A stretch of 64,000 nucleotides of DNA from Dimorphilus gyrociliatus. Taxonomy: Eukaryota > Animalia > Annelida. The position numbers and the translations under genes are program-made. Numbering within the stretch: position 1 is the first letter of the stretch; every line of letters begins with the position of its first letter. Shown here in pieces: positions 52,528 to 63,271 of this stretch. The stretch covers positions 496,001 through 560,000 of the forward strand of contig CAJFCJ010000010.1 in NCBI GenBank assembly GCA_904063045.1, given 5' to 3'. Under the pieces are notes generated by a model. The model did no database searches, was not told the origin of the DNA, and saw only the letters and a list, made by a program, of their open reading frames with translations.

Positions 52528-55500
52528 ATGACGAAACTGATATTAATAAATTTAGTATTTTATTGTTTATATACTTTTATCTTTGCTCAAAGTCTTTCGG
52601 ATAAACGTTATTTTGTCGTTGATTTGAAATGGACTGGTGATCTTTTTAATTTAAGAGAAGAAGCAAACACAGACCAAGACAGATTTACAATAAGCGTACA
52701 AGGAGATGAACAACTTTTTTCCGTTGACGAGAAGACGGGCGTTGTCCAGCGGAGAAATGATTGGGGAACAGAAGAAAGAGAGCTTTCAATTCAAATTAAC
52801 ATATCTCGCCAATCAGTTGTTTTCACTCAAACTGTAAATATCAAAATGGTAAGCCGTATGAATATTAGATATCATACGATTCTGCTCAAAAATCAACCAA
52901 ATCCTCTTAGAGGTACGGTCTGGTACTGGACTAGGCCGGGTACTGTAGTTATGACTGTTGAAGCAATTGATTCAGATTTCCATAAGGATGGGAAATTACA
53001 ATATGAACTAGCAGATAATGGAGAAGGTAGATTCGGAATTGATAATCTGGGAAACATCTTTGTTAAAGGACGGAAACGTTTCAATGGTCAATATAATTTA
53101 GCTGTTTCTGTCTTTTCTAAAGGAACAATCAGAACCAATACTGAAAGGACTGTTGTTCAACCCATTACGATCTATGCTGGATCGATAAGACCACAATTCT
53201 ATCAGGAAAACTATAACATTAATCTAGATGAAAATTTACCAATTGGCTCTAGTGCTGCCAAAATTGAAATTAAATCATTTCAAGATCTGAGAGTGGACTT
53301 AAAAGCGGAAGAATTAGACACTAAATTTTTTCAGTTAGCTCAGATCTTAAAGATACCTGGAAAATCTACTTACGAATTACGAATTAAGCGACAACTCGTC
53401 TATGGACGAGCTGATACCCCTTACGTATTCAGATTCTTTTTAGTTGCAACAGAAGAAGTCAGCGAATTTCGCACAATGGCAGAAGCAGTCATTACTTTGG
53501 TCGATGTTAATGAACCACCATTTTTTACTGTTGAAAGGTATGAGGACTATAATGTTGATCCGTCTTCATGGTCAGGTATAGAATTAACAGCATTCGAAAG
53601 AGATTTCGGGGCCCAAGGACAAATACAATGGAGTTTGGACGATAGTGATAACTTTGAGCTAACAGAAGGCCAAAGTGGTACATACAATAGAAGAAGTTGG
53701 ACGAAGCGGCTAGTTATAGCAGATGGAAATTCTGTTAAATACGGAAATTCTCCAGATCATTCATATACTGTTAAAGTAACTGCAACTGATGCTGGAAGTC
53801 CTCCCCTTAACAATACTATTGACTGTATTATCCGTCTAAAAAAGATGAACTCAGAACCACCAAAAATGGAACCACCAGTACAAACTGTTAAATTATCAAA
53901 ATCTATCGAACAAAGTTCAACAAATCCCATCTATTACGTTCAAGCATACGATCCAGATGGTATGGCAAACGAGTTACCTTTTAAATTTAGGCTTAAAAAT
54001 GATTTTGGAGGTCTTTTTGGCATAAATGGAAATACTGGTGCAATATACTTAGAACAGAAATTGACAAATCCCCAAGCTGAATATATTCTTGATATAGAAA
54101 TAACGCAGGGTAATCAGAATAATTTGAATGCTGGTCGAGTCGTTCTGCAATTAGTTAATATAAATCAACCTCCCAAATTTATTGATTGTAAAAGTTATAT
54201 AAATACTGTTGTGGATGAAAATGAAGAACCTGGAAAGGAAGTGGTTCAAGTTCAGGCAACAGACGATGATACGGGTCCAGCTGGTGAACTAACTTATTCG
54301 TTTGTACAACGTGATCAAGGAGATGAGCAATTTTTTGAAATAGATAAAACTACTGGAAAAGTGACAACGAAACGAAAATTCGACAGGGAAAAACCTCCCA
54401 ATGGTCGAACAAATCTAAGACTGACAGTTCAAGCAAGTGATAAAGGAAAACCCCCACAGTCGACAAATTGTTTCTTTTTTGTTAAGATTGGTGATGTAAA
54501 CGATCAGAGTCCGAAATTTGACGTAGCATCAACGGAAGGGGAAGGATCGAAATTTTATGCTCCTTTTAACTTGCCCGACGGATCATTCATAGCACAGCTT
54601 TACGCTTATGATCTTGATGAATTTGATACAAGAAATTCAATAGTCAAATATAGTTTAACAAATGTTTCCCCTGAATGTACTAACTGCTTTATTTTCTCTG
54701 AGGAAGGAGAAAAATCTTTAAATACTGCTATGATTCGATCAAGAGGACTTACCAATAAGCGAGGCGAATATGAGCTAACAGTAACAGCGGAAGACGATGG
54801 AATAGATAAGAGAACTGCAACAACAAAAATTAAAATTATAGTTACAGAGGATGTTAATTTTTATCCACCAAAAATAACAAATTTGAACAACTTTATATCC
54901 CCCAAATCAATAAGCGAAACTTTAGTAGGTGGTTCGACAATTGTTGAAGGTCAAGCAACGAACCACGATAGTAATGCTATCCTCTTTGGAGTTCGGAGTG
55001 ACTTAATTCCATTATTAAACTCTATGAAAACGTTTGGTTATGAAGATTTAGGTGGTGGCAATTTTAAAATCATATACAATGTTGGTAAAACTCTGGACAG
55101 AGAAGTTCAACCTAAGTATTTACTTATTGTAACGATAACTGGTACACAAGCTGCCATTTCTGTAAGAGTACCTATAACTTTAATTGATGAAAATAACAAG
55201 AGCCCAGAATTCCAAGGAATGGATAGTTCAGATAACTATCGTGTTCTTCTTCCTCAAAATACAGCTATTAATAATGAGATTTTATCATTTATTGCAACTG
55301 ATGATGATTCAGAAAGAAATAACAACAATAAAGTTTCTTATACAATAACGGGATGCACTGAATTGGATTTGGAAACATGTAAAAGGACATTTAAGGTGTC
55401 CAGCATATTGAGTGATGGATTTTATTTTGGTTCATTAGTCCTTTCGGAAGAAATATCAGCAGATCAGATTGGTAATCGATTCAAATTGGATATTGTTGCC

Positions 55501-58500
55501 GAAGACGGATCCAATTCAGCTTTCCCTGGAAGAGATGGACCAAACAAAAATAAAAAATCTGTTAGATTACATGTGACAGGAATATCTTCGCATTCTCCAA
55601 AGTTTCCAGTAGCCGACTATACCTATGAAACTGTTGAGCTCGCAAGTCATGGACTTTCAATAGCTAATATAACTGCCAAAACATCTAGCGAACAATATGA
55701 TCAGTATGTTGAGAAAACATATGCTATTACTGGAGGTAATGAAAATAGATGGTTTACAGTTGATTCGTCAACGGGAAATATATATATTGCCGGAAATGGT
55801 CTTGTTAATATTGACGATCTTCCTCAAAATTCCAGAAAAGTTAGTCTGGAATATAAAGTATTCGATGGAGCTGTTCAGTCGGACGTAATAGTTATTAATA
55901 TAACTATCAATGACATCAACAAATATGTCCCATACGTTACACCTAATTTTGACGAATTTACTAATTATATTGAAATGAATGCTCCTGCAGGTACAATTGT
56001 TTATACATTTGAATCCAAAGATCCTGATCTGAAAAGAAGTTCTCAACCAAACTATGAGAACCATTGCGTAACTATTCCCCAAAGGTGGAGGGATTATTTT
56101 AAGGTTGAGAAAGATACTGCTAATAATGCAAAAAATAGATGGAATATTCTTCTAAATAAGCCTTTGGAACGAGATTATTATGATGGCTATGATCGCTGGG
56201 TTATGAATGTTCAGGTTAAAGATGAGTGCGATAGACCAGCTACATCAAAAATTGGATATGGAACTTTTACTATTTTACCTGAAGATATCAACAATCATAG
56301 TCCTAGGTTTTTACCAGAGTGTTTAAAATTGAACGTAGACGAAGAGGCGACCGTACTCACTAATGTGAAAGATTTTACCGTATGCACATACGATGTCGAC
56401 TTTGGACTTAATGGACAAATTAATGAAAATAGTTTCAAAACTGAAGGAAGTAGATTTTTCAAATTTAATCGTGGATTACTACAAGTTAACGAGACCATTC
56501 CGAAAAGATATGCTAATAGACCCGAAACTTTGTCATATTCATTTGTAGTTAAGGTTAAAGATTTGAGTGGCCTATCCTCAAATGGGGTTAAAGTTACTGT
56601 TTACGTTAACGATATAAATAATAACCCTCCACAATTTACTAACAATGATCAAATGGTTATTGAGATGGATGAGGAACTACCAGTTGACACTGTTGTTTAT
56701 ACACTGTTAGCCGAAGATAAAGATATCGACGAAAATGCCTTACGGAAATACTCGATTGTTGGATCATCGCCCTTCTACATAGATTCACTCTATAGTCAGG
56801 GCGGTGGAGCGATACGTGTAAGGGAAAGGATCGATTTGGAAACTGGAGTTAGCTCTTATAACTTTCAAGTTCTCGTTGAACATCCAGATAGAGGAATAAC
56901 AAGCAGTAGAGATGTCACTGTACAAGTTGTAGGTGTCAATGATAATGCTCCTAACATAACAACTATGAGCGGAAGATATTCTTTGACTATACCGGAAAAT
57001 ACTGAAGTTTCAAACAATAACTTGGAAACATTTATTGGCTCCGATAGTGATGGAGATACTTTTGATTGGTTTATTGATTATGAAAACTCTGACGTATCGA
57101 GAAGGTTCAATATTGTGAAACGGGATAATGTAAACGCTGATTTGAAATTGATAAGAGAATTAGACAGAGAAACTATAGATAATTTCTCTCTGGTTATTAT
57201 GGCTGTTGATAACGGATCGCCTCCAAAAACTGGATCTTTAACCTATTCCATAATTGTTGGAGACGTTAACGATAATGCTCCGGAATTTGCAGTCGATAAA
57301 GAAATAATTGTTCCTGAAGAGCAGACTATCGGGTACGAATTGGATGCGGTAATTAGAATTACTGATAGAGACTCTGAAGATAATGGTGGTCCTTTTACAA
57401 TTGAAAGAACCTCGTGCTCAAATGAAAACTCAGCTTGTTCGAGTTTTGATTTGGAAAGAAAGGGAGACAACACTTATAGAATTAAAACAAAAAAGCCTAC
57501 TTATGACAGATATGCAACGAAAGAATATTATCTACCCGTCGTGATTAGTGATTCTGGAACACCACCCAAAACAGGGACGTCAACTCTAACGATTGTTGTT
57601 GAAGGTCTTAATAAAAGTCCACAGGAGCGGGGAGCAACCAAATACGTAACAGTTTATAACTACAAGTATATGCTACCAGACACTTCTATTGGAACACCCT
57701 ATTCTGTTGATAAAGATGACTGGGATTTAAAAGACAAAGAATTTACAATATTGAACCATAATAAATATTTCGAAGCTGTTAACGATAATACACGAGAAGA
57801 TCATGGTCATATTATACTAAAGGAAGGAACAAAGGCAGCAAAATATGACTTAGATATAAGAATATCTGACAATTCTCGAAAAGGCGATGTTGTCGAATCA
57901 AAGATGATCGTCAATGTTATTTATATAAACGAACAAGCTGTTAAGAGTCCTGGCTCTATGACTCTAACTGGAATAACAGCTAAACAATTTATTGCAGGAG
58001 AAGACAATAAAAGAGATAAACTAAGAAATTCTCTTGCTTCAATTCTGGGAACTTCAACAGAAAATGTTGATATCTTCAGTATTTATGATTCTGATAAAGA
58101 TACGACTCAAATTTTATATGCAGCCCACGGTTCTCCTTGGTACGATAAATCGAGATTAGATGGATTAGCAAGTGAAAACAGGGAAAAGCTGGAAGCCAAT
58201 GCCGGAATTAAAATAAGTCAAATACCTATTGATGAGTGCGAAGGTGATTCGCTATGTTACGTTGGAGGATGCGTTACTAAATTCGACATTAAAAGCAAAG
58301 ATACTATGATTTTAAATACAAACTTTTCTTCTCAAGCTCAAATTAGTGCTAGAGCGAAAAAAGTTTGTGAGTGTGCTGCTCAATATGTTGACGATGCTCT
58401 TGGATCATGCACTTTCGATTATTGTATGAACAATGGAACATGTATGGACAAATATACTCACCCCGACGAAGTCTCGGGAGAGCCTGTATGCAAATGCTTG

Positions 58501-60726
58501 CCTGGGTTTGACGGAAAACGATGTCAGCAGTTAGATCATTCGTTTAATGGAAATGGCTGGGCTTGGTATGAACCCCTATCGTTGTGTGTGGAAGATATGC
58601 TTTCTATCGACATAGTTACCAAAACTGGAACGGGTCTGCTATTTTACCAAGGACCTCTCTCGACAGATGATTCAAAGGACTATTTAGCATTGGAATTAAA
58701 TAGTGGAAGACCCAAATTGACAGTACAGCATGACAATGAACGAGTTATATTAAACGTGCCGAATGCTAGGAATTTAGCCGATGGAAAGTGGCATTCGCTC
58801 CAAGTTAGTAAAGCTCCAACTGACAGAAGAATGGTGAGGTGGACCCTAATGGTTGATAACTGTAAAGATGCTTCGGTTGACGAGAATATCGATAATTCTA
58901 CGGAAAATGACAGCGGTTGTAAAAGCTTCAAAGATGTTATAACATCAAGAAGTTATCTTGATAACAACAATCCATTACAATTGGGCGGAAGGAAATCAGT
59001 GAACTTTCCTGCTGGTATAGTAAAAAATGGTTTCAATGGATGCATGAAAAATTTGAGACACAACGGAGTTGTGAGAGATCTCTATACTGGAAAGAGAAGA
59101 GAACAATCATCATCAACCGATGGATGCCCATCAATTTCAAACAAGTGTTTAGATTGCGGAGGCAATGCCACTTGTGTTGGAGATTTAACATCGTCAGCTG
59201 CATCTTGTGTCTGTAAACCAGGATTCACTAATTCACCCTCTTGTAACGAAAGAACTGATTCTAGAAAATTGAAAGAAAAAGCTTATATATCTTGGAATCT
59301 TAAAGATCAGTTCAACACAACTATTTCAACAACGGCTTCGAGAAGAAATCAACGTATTCAGTTACGTTTCCGAACCAGAAAGGAGGAAGGAACTATCTTT
59401 TCAACTTCAAGTTTCTCCACTTTAGAACAAATCATTCTCAGTGTTTCTAATGGATATTTAAAATTATTGTACGATTTAGGTTCGGGATATAATACTTTAT
59501 CTTTACCTTATGTAAAAGTCAATGACGGTATTTGGCATACTGTTGTATTCGAACGATTCGGTAATGGTGGTTCTCTATTATTGGACGACGGTGACGCTCC
59601 TAGATTCTTTGTTCAAAACTTTCAAAGAGATTCTCATAGATTAATTGCCATTGAGGGTTTAGATATTTCATCTGGCGCTATGTTGCAAAAGAGAATGTAT
59701 CATAACTTACCATCTGCGAAAGATTTTTTCCAAGAATCTTGTATAAGCGATGTCCATTACACTTGGTCAGGTTCGCAGACTACTACACTGCCTTTGAATG
59801 AAAATTCCAACAACGGGGGTGCCACCTATGTTAATAGGGTAAATACCGACGAAGGCTGTCCTTCAGGAATAACTTGTACATCAGACGCCTGCCCTTCGGA
59901 TGCCACTTGCGTGGAACATTGGGAAGCAAGAACTTGCTTTTGTGGAATAGGCAAAAACTTTTCGTCAAATAGTTGTGTAGCAGTTACAAATTGCGCTGTT
60001 CCGCAATGCCTCAACGGAGGTTTATGTGCTGTGTTCTCTAATAATTGGGTATGTCATTGCTCTGAAAACTACGAAGGAACCAGATGTGGAATTGAACCAG
60101 GCGGTGTTGTTGATAATAGTACTGGATTAGCTACTGGAGGTATAGTGGGAATCATATTAGCAATACTAATTGCATTAGCTCTATTCCTTGTACTTGCTAT
60201 TTGGTTGAAGAAAAGAAAGGCACCAGAAAAAGTCATAATTGATCATCCGGAAACGGATGAAAATGAATTCTGCTATAACTACACGGAGGAGGGAGGAGGT
60301 GAAGAGGATACTGCTAATTTTAGTACTGCTGAATTGCGAAAAGCAGTCAGTGAAACTCCATTCGAACCGAAGAAAGTATCAGCAATCAATGTCGGATTTG
60401 TTCCCGAGGATTCTCCATATCGGACGTCGCCTGTATCTCCCTACGGACCAGATGGTAAACCAAAAAATTTAGGAGACTTTTTGAGCGATCGCTTAACACA
60501 AGCTGACAATGACCCTACTGCCCCGCCATATGATACAGTTAGGGAGTACGAATACGAAGGTGGAGCCTCGCAAGTGGGCTCACTTAGTTCCTTAGCTTCC
60601 GGTTCAACGGATGCCTCTATAGACTACGAGCCATATATGCAGGGACCTAGATTTGACAAACTTAGGGATATATACTCTGGAAACGACGATGCAGACGATA
60701 TTCCAATCGATGAGTCCCTAGCATAA
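52528..60726 (+). CDS. Type-III (non-chordate) classical cadherin, N-cadherin/CadN-like, 2732 aa in a single coding exon
   Basis: Signal peptide; roughly 15-17 EC repeats (DxNDNxP, DRE, DxG motifs; not counted exactly); non-chordate domain AAHGSPWY; EGF-LamG-EGF-LamG-EGF; TM (GIVGIILAILIALALFLVLAIWL); p120 site YNYTEEGGGEED; beta-catenin region PPYDTVREYEYEG...GPRFDKLRDIY. 5'UTR intron acceptor TTGCAG near 52465. Confidence 0.95.
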   Translation: MTKLILINLVFYCLYTFIFAQSLSDKRYFVVDLKWTGDLFNLREEANTDQDRFTISVQGDEQLFSVDEKTGVVQRRNDWGTEERELSIQINISRQSVVFTQTVNIKMVSRMNIRYHTILLKNQPNPLRGTVWYWTRPGTVVMTVEAIDSDFHKDGKLQYELADNGEGRFGIDNLGNIFVKGRKRFNGQYNLAVSVFSKGTIRTNTERTVVQPITIYAGSIRPQFYQENYNINLDENLPIGSSAAKIEIKSFQDLRVDLKAEELDTKFFQLAQILKIPGKSTYELRIKRQLVYGRADTPYVFRFFLVATEEVSEFRTMAEAVITLVDVNEPPFFTVERYEDYNVDPSSWSGIELTAFERDFGAQGQIQWSLDDSDNFELTEGQSGTYNRRSWTKRLVIADGNSVKYGNSPDHSYTVKVTATDAGSPPLNNTIDCIIRLKKMNSEPPKMEPPVQTVKLSKSIEQSSTNPIYYVQAYDPDGMANELPFKFRLKNDFGGLFGINGNTGAIYLEQKLTNPQAEYILDIEITQGNQNNLNAGRVVLQLVNINQPPKFIDCKSYINTVVDENEEPGKEVVQVQATDDDTGPAGELTYSFVQRDQGDEQFFEIDKTTGKVTTKRKFDREKPPNGRTNLRLTVQASDKGKPPQSTNCFFFVKIGDVNDQSPKFDVASTEGEGSKFYAPFNLPDGSFIAQLYAYDLDEFDTRNSIVKYSLTNVSPECTNCFIFSEEGEKSLNTAMIRSRGLTNKRGEYELTVTAEDDGIDKRTATTKIKIIVTEDVNFYPPKITNLNNFISPKSISETLVGGSTIVEGQATNHDSNAILFGVRSDLIPLLNSMKTFGYEDLGGGNFKIIYNVGKTLDREVQPKYLLIVTITGTQAAISVRVPITLIDENNKSPEFQGMDSSDNYRVLLPQNTAINNEILSFIATDDDSERNNNNKVSYTITGCTELDLETCKRTFKVSSILSDGFYFGSLVLSEEISADQIGNRFKLDIVAEDGSNSAFPGRDGPNKNKKSVRLHVTGISSHSPKFPVADYTYETVELASHGLSIANITAKTSSEQYDQYVEKTYAITGGNENRWFTVDSSTGNIYIAGNGLVNIDDLPQNSRKVSLEYKVFDGAVQSDVIVINITINDINKYVPYVTPNFDEFTNYIEMNAPAGTIVYTFESKDPDLKRSSQPNYENHCVTIPQRWRDYFKVEKDTANNAKNRWNILLNKPLERDYYDGYDRWVMNVQVKDECDRPATSKIGYGTFTILPEDINNHSPRFLPECLKLNVDEEATVLTNVKDFTVCTYDVDFGLNGQINENSFKTEGSRFFKFNRGLLQVNETIPKRYANRPETLSYSFVVKVKDLSGLSSNGVKVTVYVNDINNNPPQFTNNDQMVIEMDEELPVDTVVYTLLAEDKDIDENALRKYSIVGSSPFYIDSLYSQGGGAIRVRERIDLETGVSSYNFQVLVEHPDRGITSSRDVTVQVVGVNDNAPNITTMSGRYSLTIPENTEVSNNNLETFIGSDSDGDTFDWFIDYENSDVSRRFNIVKRDNVNADLKLIRELDRETIDNFSLVIMAVDNGSPPKTGSLTYSIIVGDVNDNAPEFAVDKEIIVPEEQTIGYELDAVIRITDRDSEDNGGPFTIERTSCSNENSACSSFDLERKGDNTYRIKTKKPTYDRYATKEYYLPVVISDSGTPPKTGTSTLTIVVEGLNKSPQERGATKYVTVYNYKYMLPDTSIGTPYSVDKDDWDLKDKEFTILNHNKYFEAVNDNTREDHGHIILKEGTKAAKYDLDIRISDNSRKGDVVESKMIVNVIYINEQAVKSPGSMTLTGITAKQFIAGEDNKRDKLRNSLASILGTSTENVDIFSIYDSDKDTTQILYAAHGSPWYDKSRLDGLASENREKLEANAGIKISQIPIDECEGDSLCYVGGCVTKFDIKSKDTMILNTNFSSQAQISARAKKVCECAAQYVDDALGSCTFDYCMNNGTCMDKYTHPDEVSGEPVCKCLPGFDGKRCQQLDHSFNGNGWAWYEPLSLCVEDMLSIDIVTKTGTGLLFYQGPLSTDDSKDYLALELNSGRPKLTVQHDNERVILNVPNARNLADGKWHSLQVSKAPTDRRMVRWTLMVDNCKDASVDENIDNSTENDSGCKSFKDVITSRSYLDNNNPLQLGGRKSVNFPAGIVKNGFNGCMKNLRHNGVVRDLYTGKRREQSSSTDGCPSISNKCLDCGGNATCVGDLTSSAASCVCKPGFTNSPSCNERTDSRKLKEKAYISWNLKDQFNTTISTTASRRNQRIQLRFRTRKEEGTIFSTSSFSTLEQIILSVSNGYLKLLYDLGSGYNTLSLPYVKVNDGIWHTVVFERFGNGGSLLLDDGDAPRFFVQNFQRDSHRLIAIEGLDISSGAMLQKRMYHNLPSAKDFFQESCISDVHYTWSGSQTTTLPLNENSNNGGATYVNRVNTDEGCPSGITCTSDACPSDATCVEHWEARTCFCGIGKNFSSNSCVAVTNCAVPQCLNGGLCAVFSNNWVCHCSENYEGTRCGIEPGGVVDNSTGLATGGIVGIILAILIALALFLVLAIWLKKRKAPEKVIIDHPETDENEFCYNYTEEGGGEEDTANFSTAELRKAVSETPFEPKKVSAINVGFVPEDSPYRTSPVSPYGPDGKPKNLGDFLSDRLTQADNDPTAPPYDTVREYEYEGGASQVGSLSSLASGSTDASIDYEPYMQGPRFDKLRDIYSGNDDADDIPIDESLA

Positions 60727-61473
60727 TTTTGATAAAAGAGACGAATAACTTTATGACTTTTTTTACACATAAAAAATATACTCGTTTAGTCTGTGATCGA
60801 ACTATACAGTGGTGTCCAGTTCCTTATTTTAAACAATTTTTTTTTGATTTTATTCATGATGAACTAGTTAGTTATGTAACACTTGTTTTTATACTTTGAT
60901 CTCGATAAATACTATATGTATAAACATTTATGCATACATAAAAATAAATAAATATATATATATATATATATACTGTATAAAAGGTATTTATATTATAATA
61001 GTGTATATATATATATATGTAAAGGAATTTTAATATATATTTAATATTTTTATTTAAATCTTCAAGTTCTTTATTTCATATAAAAGTATTAGAATGTACA
61101 AATACACATACAATTATACATAGAGAGAAGTATTAAGAGGGGCTGCTATTAATGTGACATATTAATTGATAATACACAATAGGTTTACAAATAATATTTC
61201 TTGGAAATGATTGCATTCCGTAAGATTTTATTAATAAATAAATATGATATTTCGATATACAATATAGACAGCATACTTTCAAGGGTGTCATATATTACTC
61301 ATATGATTGAATGGAACAATAAATAACCTATATAATAAATTTTATGTTGCTTACTTTATGTAGTTTTTCTTTTTACCTGAAAACGATAGAGGGGCCACTT
61401 AATTTAATTCTTTTTTAAATACAATGCTATAAAAGATTTTATTACTATTGAATAACAATGAAGGAAGATGGAT

Positions 61474-61499
61474 AGAGAGAGAGAGAGAGAGAGAGAGAG
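61474..61499. repeat. (AG)13 microsatellite
   Basis: agagagagag run. Confidence 0.9.
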
Positions 61500-62932
61500 G
61501 AGGAATGAGGGATGGATGAAAAGGAGGGAAATAAAGAACTATAAACTAAAAAAAGTTTGATATATAACAGAAGAAATAAATTTTATTAATCTTTTATTAT
61601 TATTTAAGGATATTAAGTTAAAAAGAAATTTCTTTCAAGAGGAAGTGCAATACTTTCGTAAAAGTGAAAAGAATAGTTTATAAACTATAAATTTGAATTT
61701 AGAGATCGTGAAAAAAAGTTGTCTATTCTTCGTCTTTTCCAATCTCTTTAGATAATTGCATAAACCTGAATAAAAGTATATAAAAGCTTTTAAACTTATT
61801 ATTTAAAGAATGTTTAGGAAATATATATTTTCGTAGACATTTATTTAAGTATATTTCCCGTCTACTGTTTTTTATTTACTTATTTATACAACAATTGAAA
61901 ATTTTAATTATACCGTGTAGTATTCTGTAACTCAAATTGGTTTTCTATTACAATATATAATTTCCGTCCGTTTATAGTTTAATTATTTTGTTTGTTTTTT
62001 TTTTGCTTTATTCATCGTTTATAAAATAAGATTAAATAATTAATAGAGAACTTTAAAATTTATACATACAACAAGTGTGAAGAAATGCGAGAGTTTGTGT
62101 TTACTCAATTGATGTTGCATTGTTTATGAAAGAATGTTAAGAAAACATTTAAAAGTGTTAAAACAATTGTAGTTTATACGAAAACAAGTTTGTTTGATGT
62201 TGTAGACTGGTTACGTGGTGTTTTGTTTATTTGATTGAAATGCGAAAGAGGGACAATTTAGTTTGCAAATATCATGCTAAATTATACAAAAGTTTGAATG
62301 CAAAGACATGTAAAGGGAAACGTATATCAGCCAAATGATTTTAACATTGTATTAGTTATAATATAGCCTTTTAGGTATTTTCACACAAAACTTTTTTGAA
62401 TAAATAATCTACTTTCGAGGTTTAAAACTTACGGCGGTAAAATTCTCCTCTGTGAGAGAGTTTTTGGAAAAACGGAAGAGACTTAAAGACTCTTTGGCCA
62501 CTAATTAACAAGTATACAAATTACTGTTTGCCAAATAATTCAGGACAATGACCTAATCAAATATCAAAAAAAAAAATTCGTGCATTAGATGGCGCCATAA
62601 ACGGCTATATAAATTAATCCTTAGACAGATCGATTGTAACCCGCCTATTTCGCATTTTTGCTGCCCCGATCGAATGTTCACCACAAAAGGTAAAATTAAG
62701 AGGATTCATAGGCTATTTTTGTTGAAGAGATTGTAAAATTCTTGAATAATCCCCATTTTTTACGAATCTACCGAAGCTCTCCGGTGTGTTGATAGGCCTT
62801 TCAATAAAGTCGTATTGTAAAGAGTCAAAGACTCGTTTTTTTTTCAAAACTAGGTCATATTGAACATCTTATCCAAGGCCCATCAAATACCGTTTAAAGC
62901 TCGTTGAAAAAAAGCACTGTATTCTATAAATT

Positions 62933-63271
62933 ATGGAAAGAACTCGAGCGATTTCGTCTGATGAATTAATTCTCGAGCACATGAGAACAAAACGGGTAGT
63001 TGGAGTAATGAAAAAGGATGGAGAAGAGACACCCGCCTACTTGAAGAGGGTCGAAAAGACGTCAACTTCATCGGAAGATGGGGATAGCGTTCTTAAACTC
63101 ATAAGAGATAGTAGATTGACAAAGGACATTCAAGAGCGATATTTAAAAGGAGCGAGTAGTTCGATAGAGGAGAAAGACGATCAGGATTTAATGCTTCGAC
63201 ATATGAGAAATAATGGAGTAGTAAGGAAGAGTATTGAATATATCTCGAATTTATCAGTACCTTCAGAATAA
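62933..63271 (+). CDS. Hypothetical 112-aa intronless protein with internal repeats
   Basis: ATG-TAA ORF visibly more GC-rich than its flanks; repeat motif DxLxLxHMR; AATAAA overlaps the stop codon. No homology recognised. Confidence 0.55.
   Translation: MERTRAISSDELILEHMRTKRVVGVMKKDGEETPAYLKRVEKTSTSSEDGDSVLKLIRDSRLTKDIQERYLKGASSSIEEKDDQDLMLRHMRNNGVVRKSIEYISNLSVPSE

Noticed and set aside
52893-60472. Short ORFs overlapping the cadherin in other frames or on the other strand
   Set aside because: Shadow ORFs of a long coding exon with no independent features.
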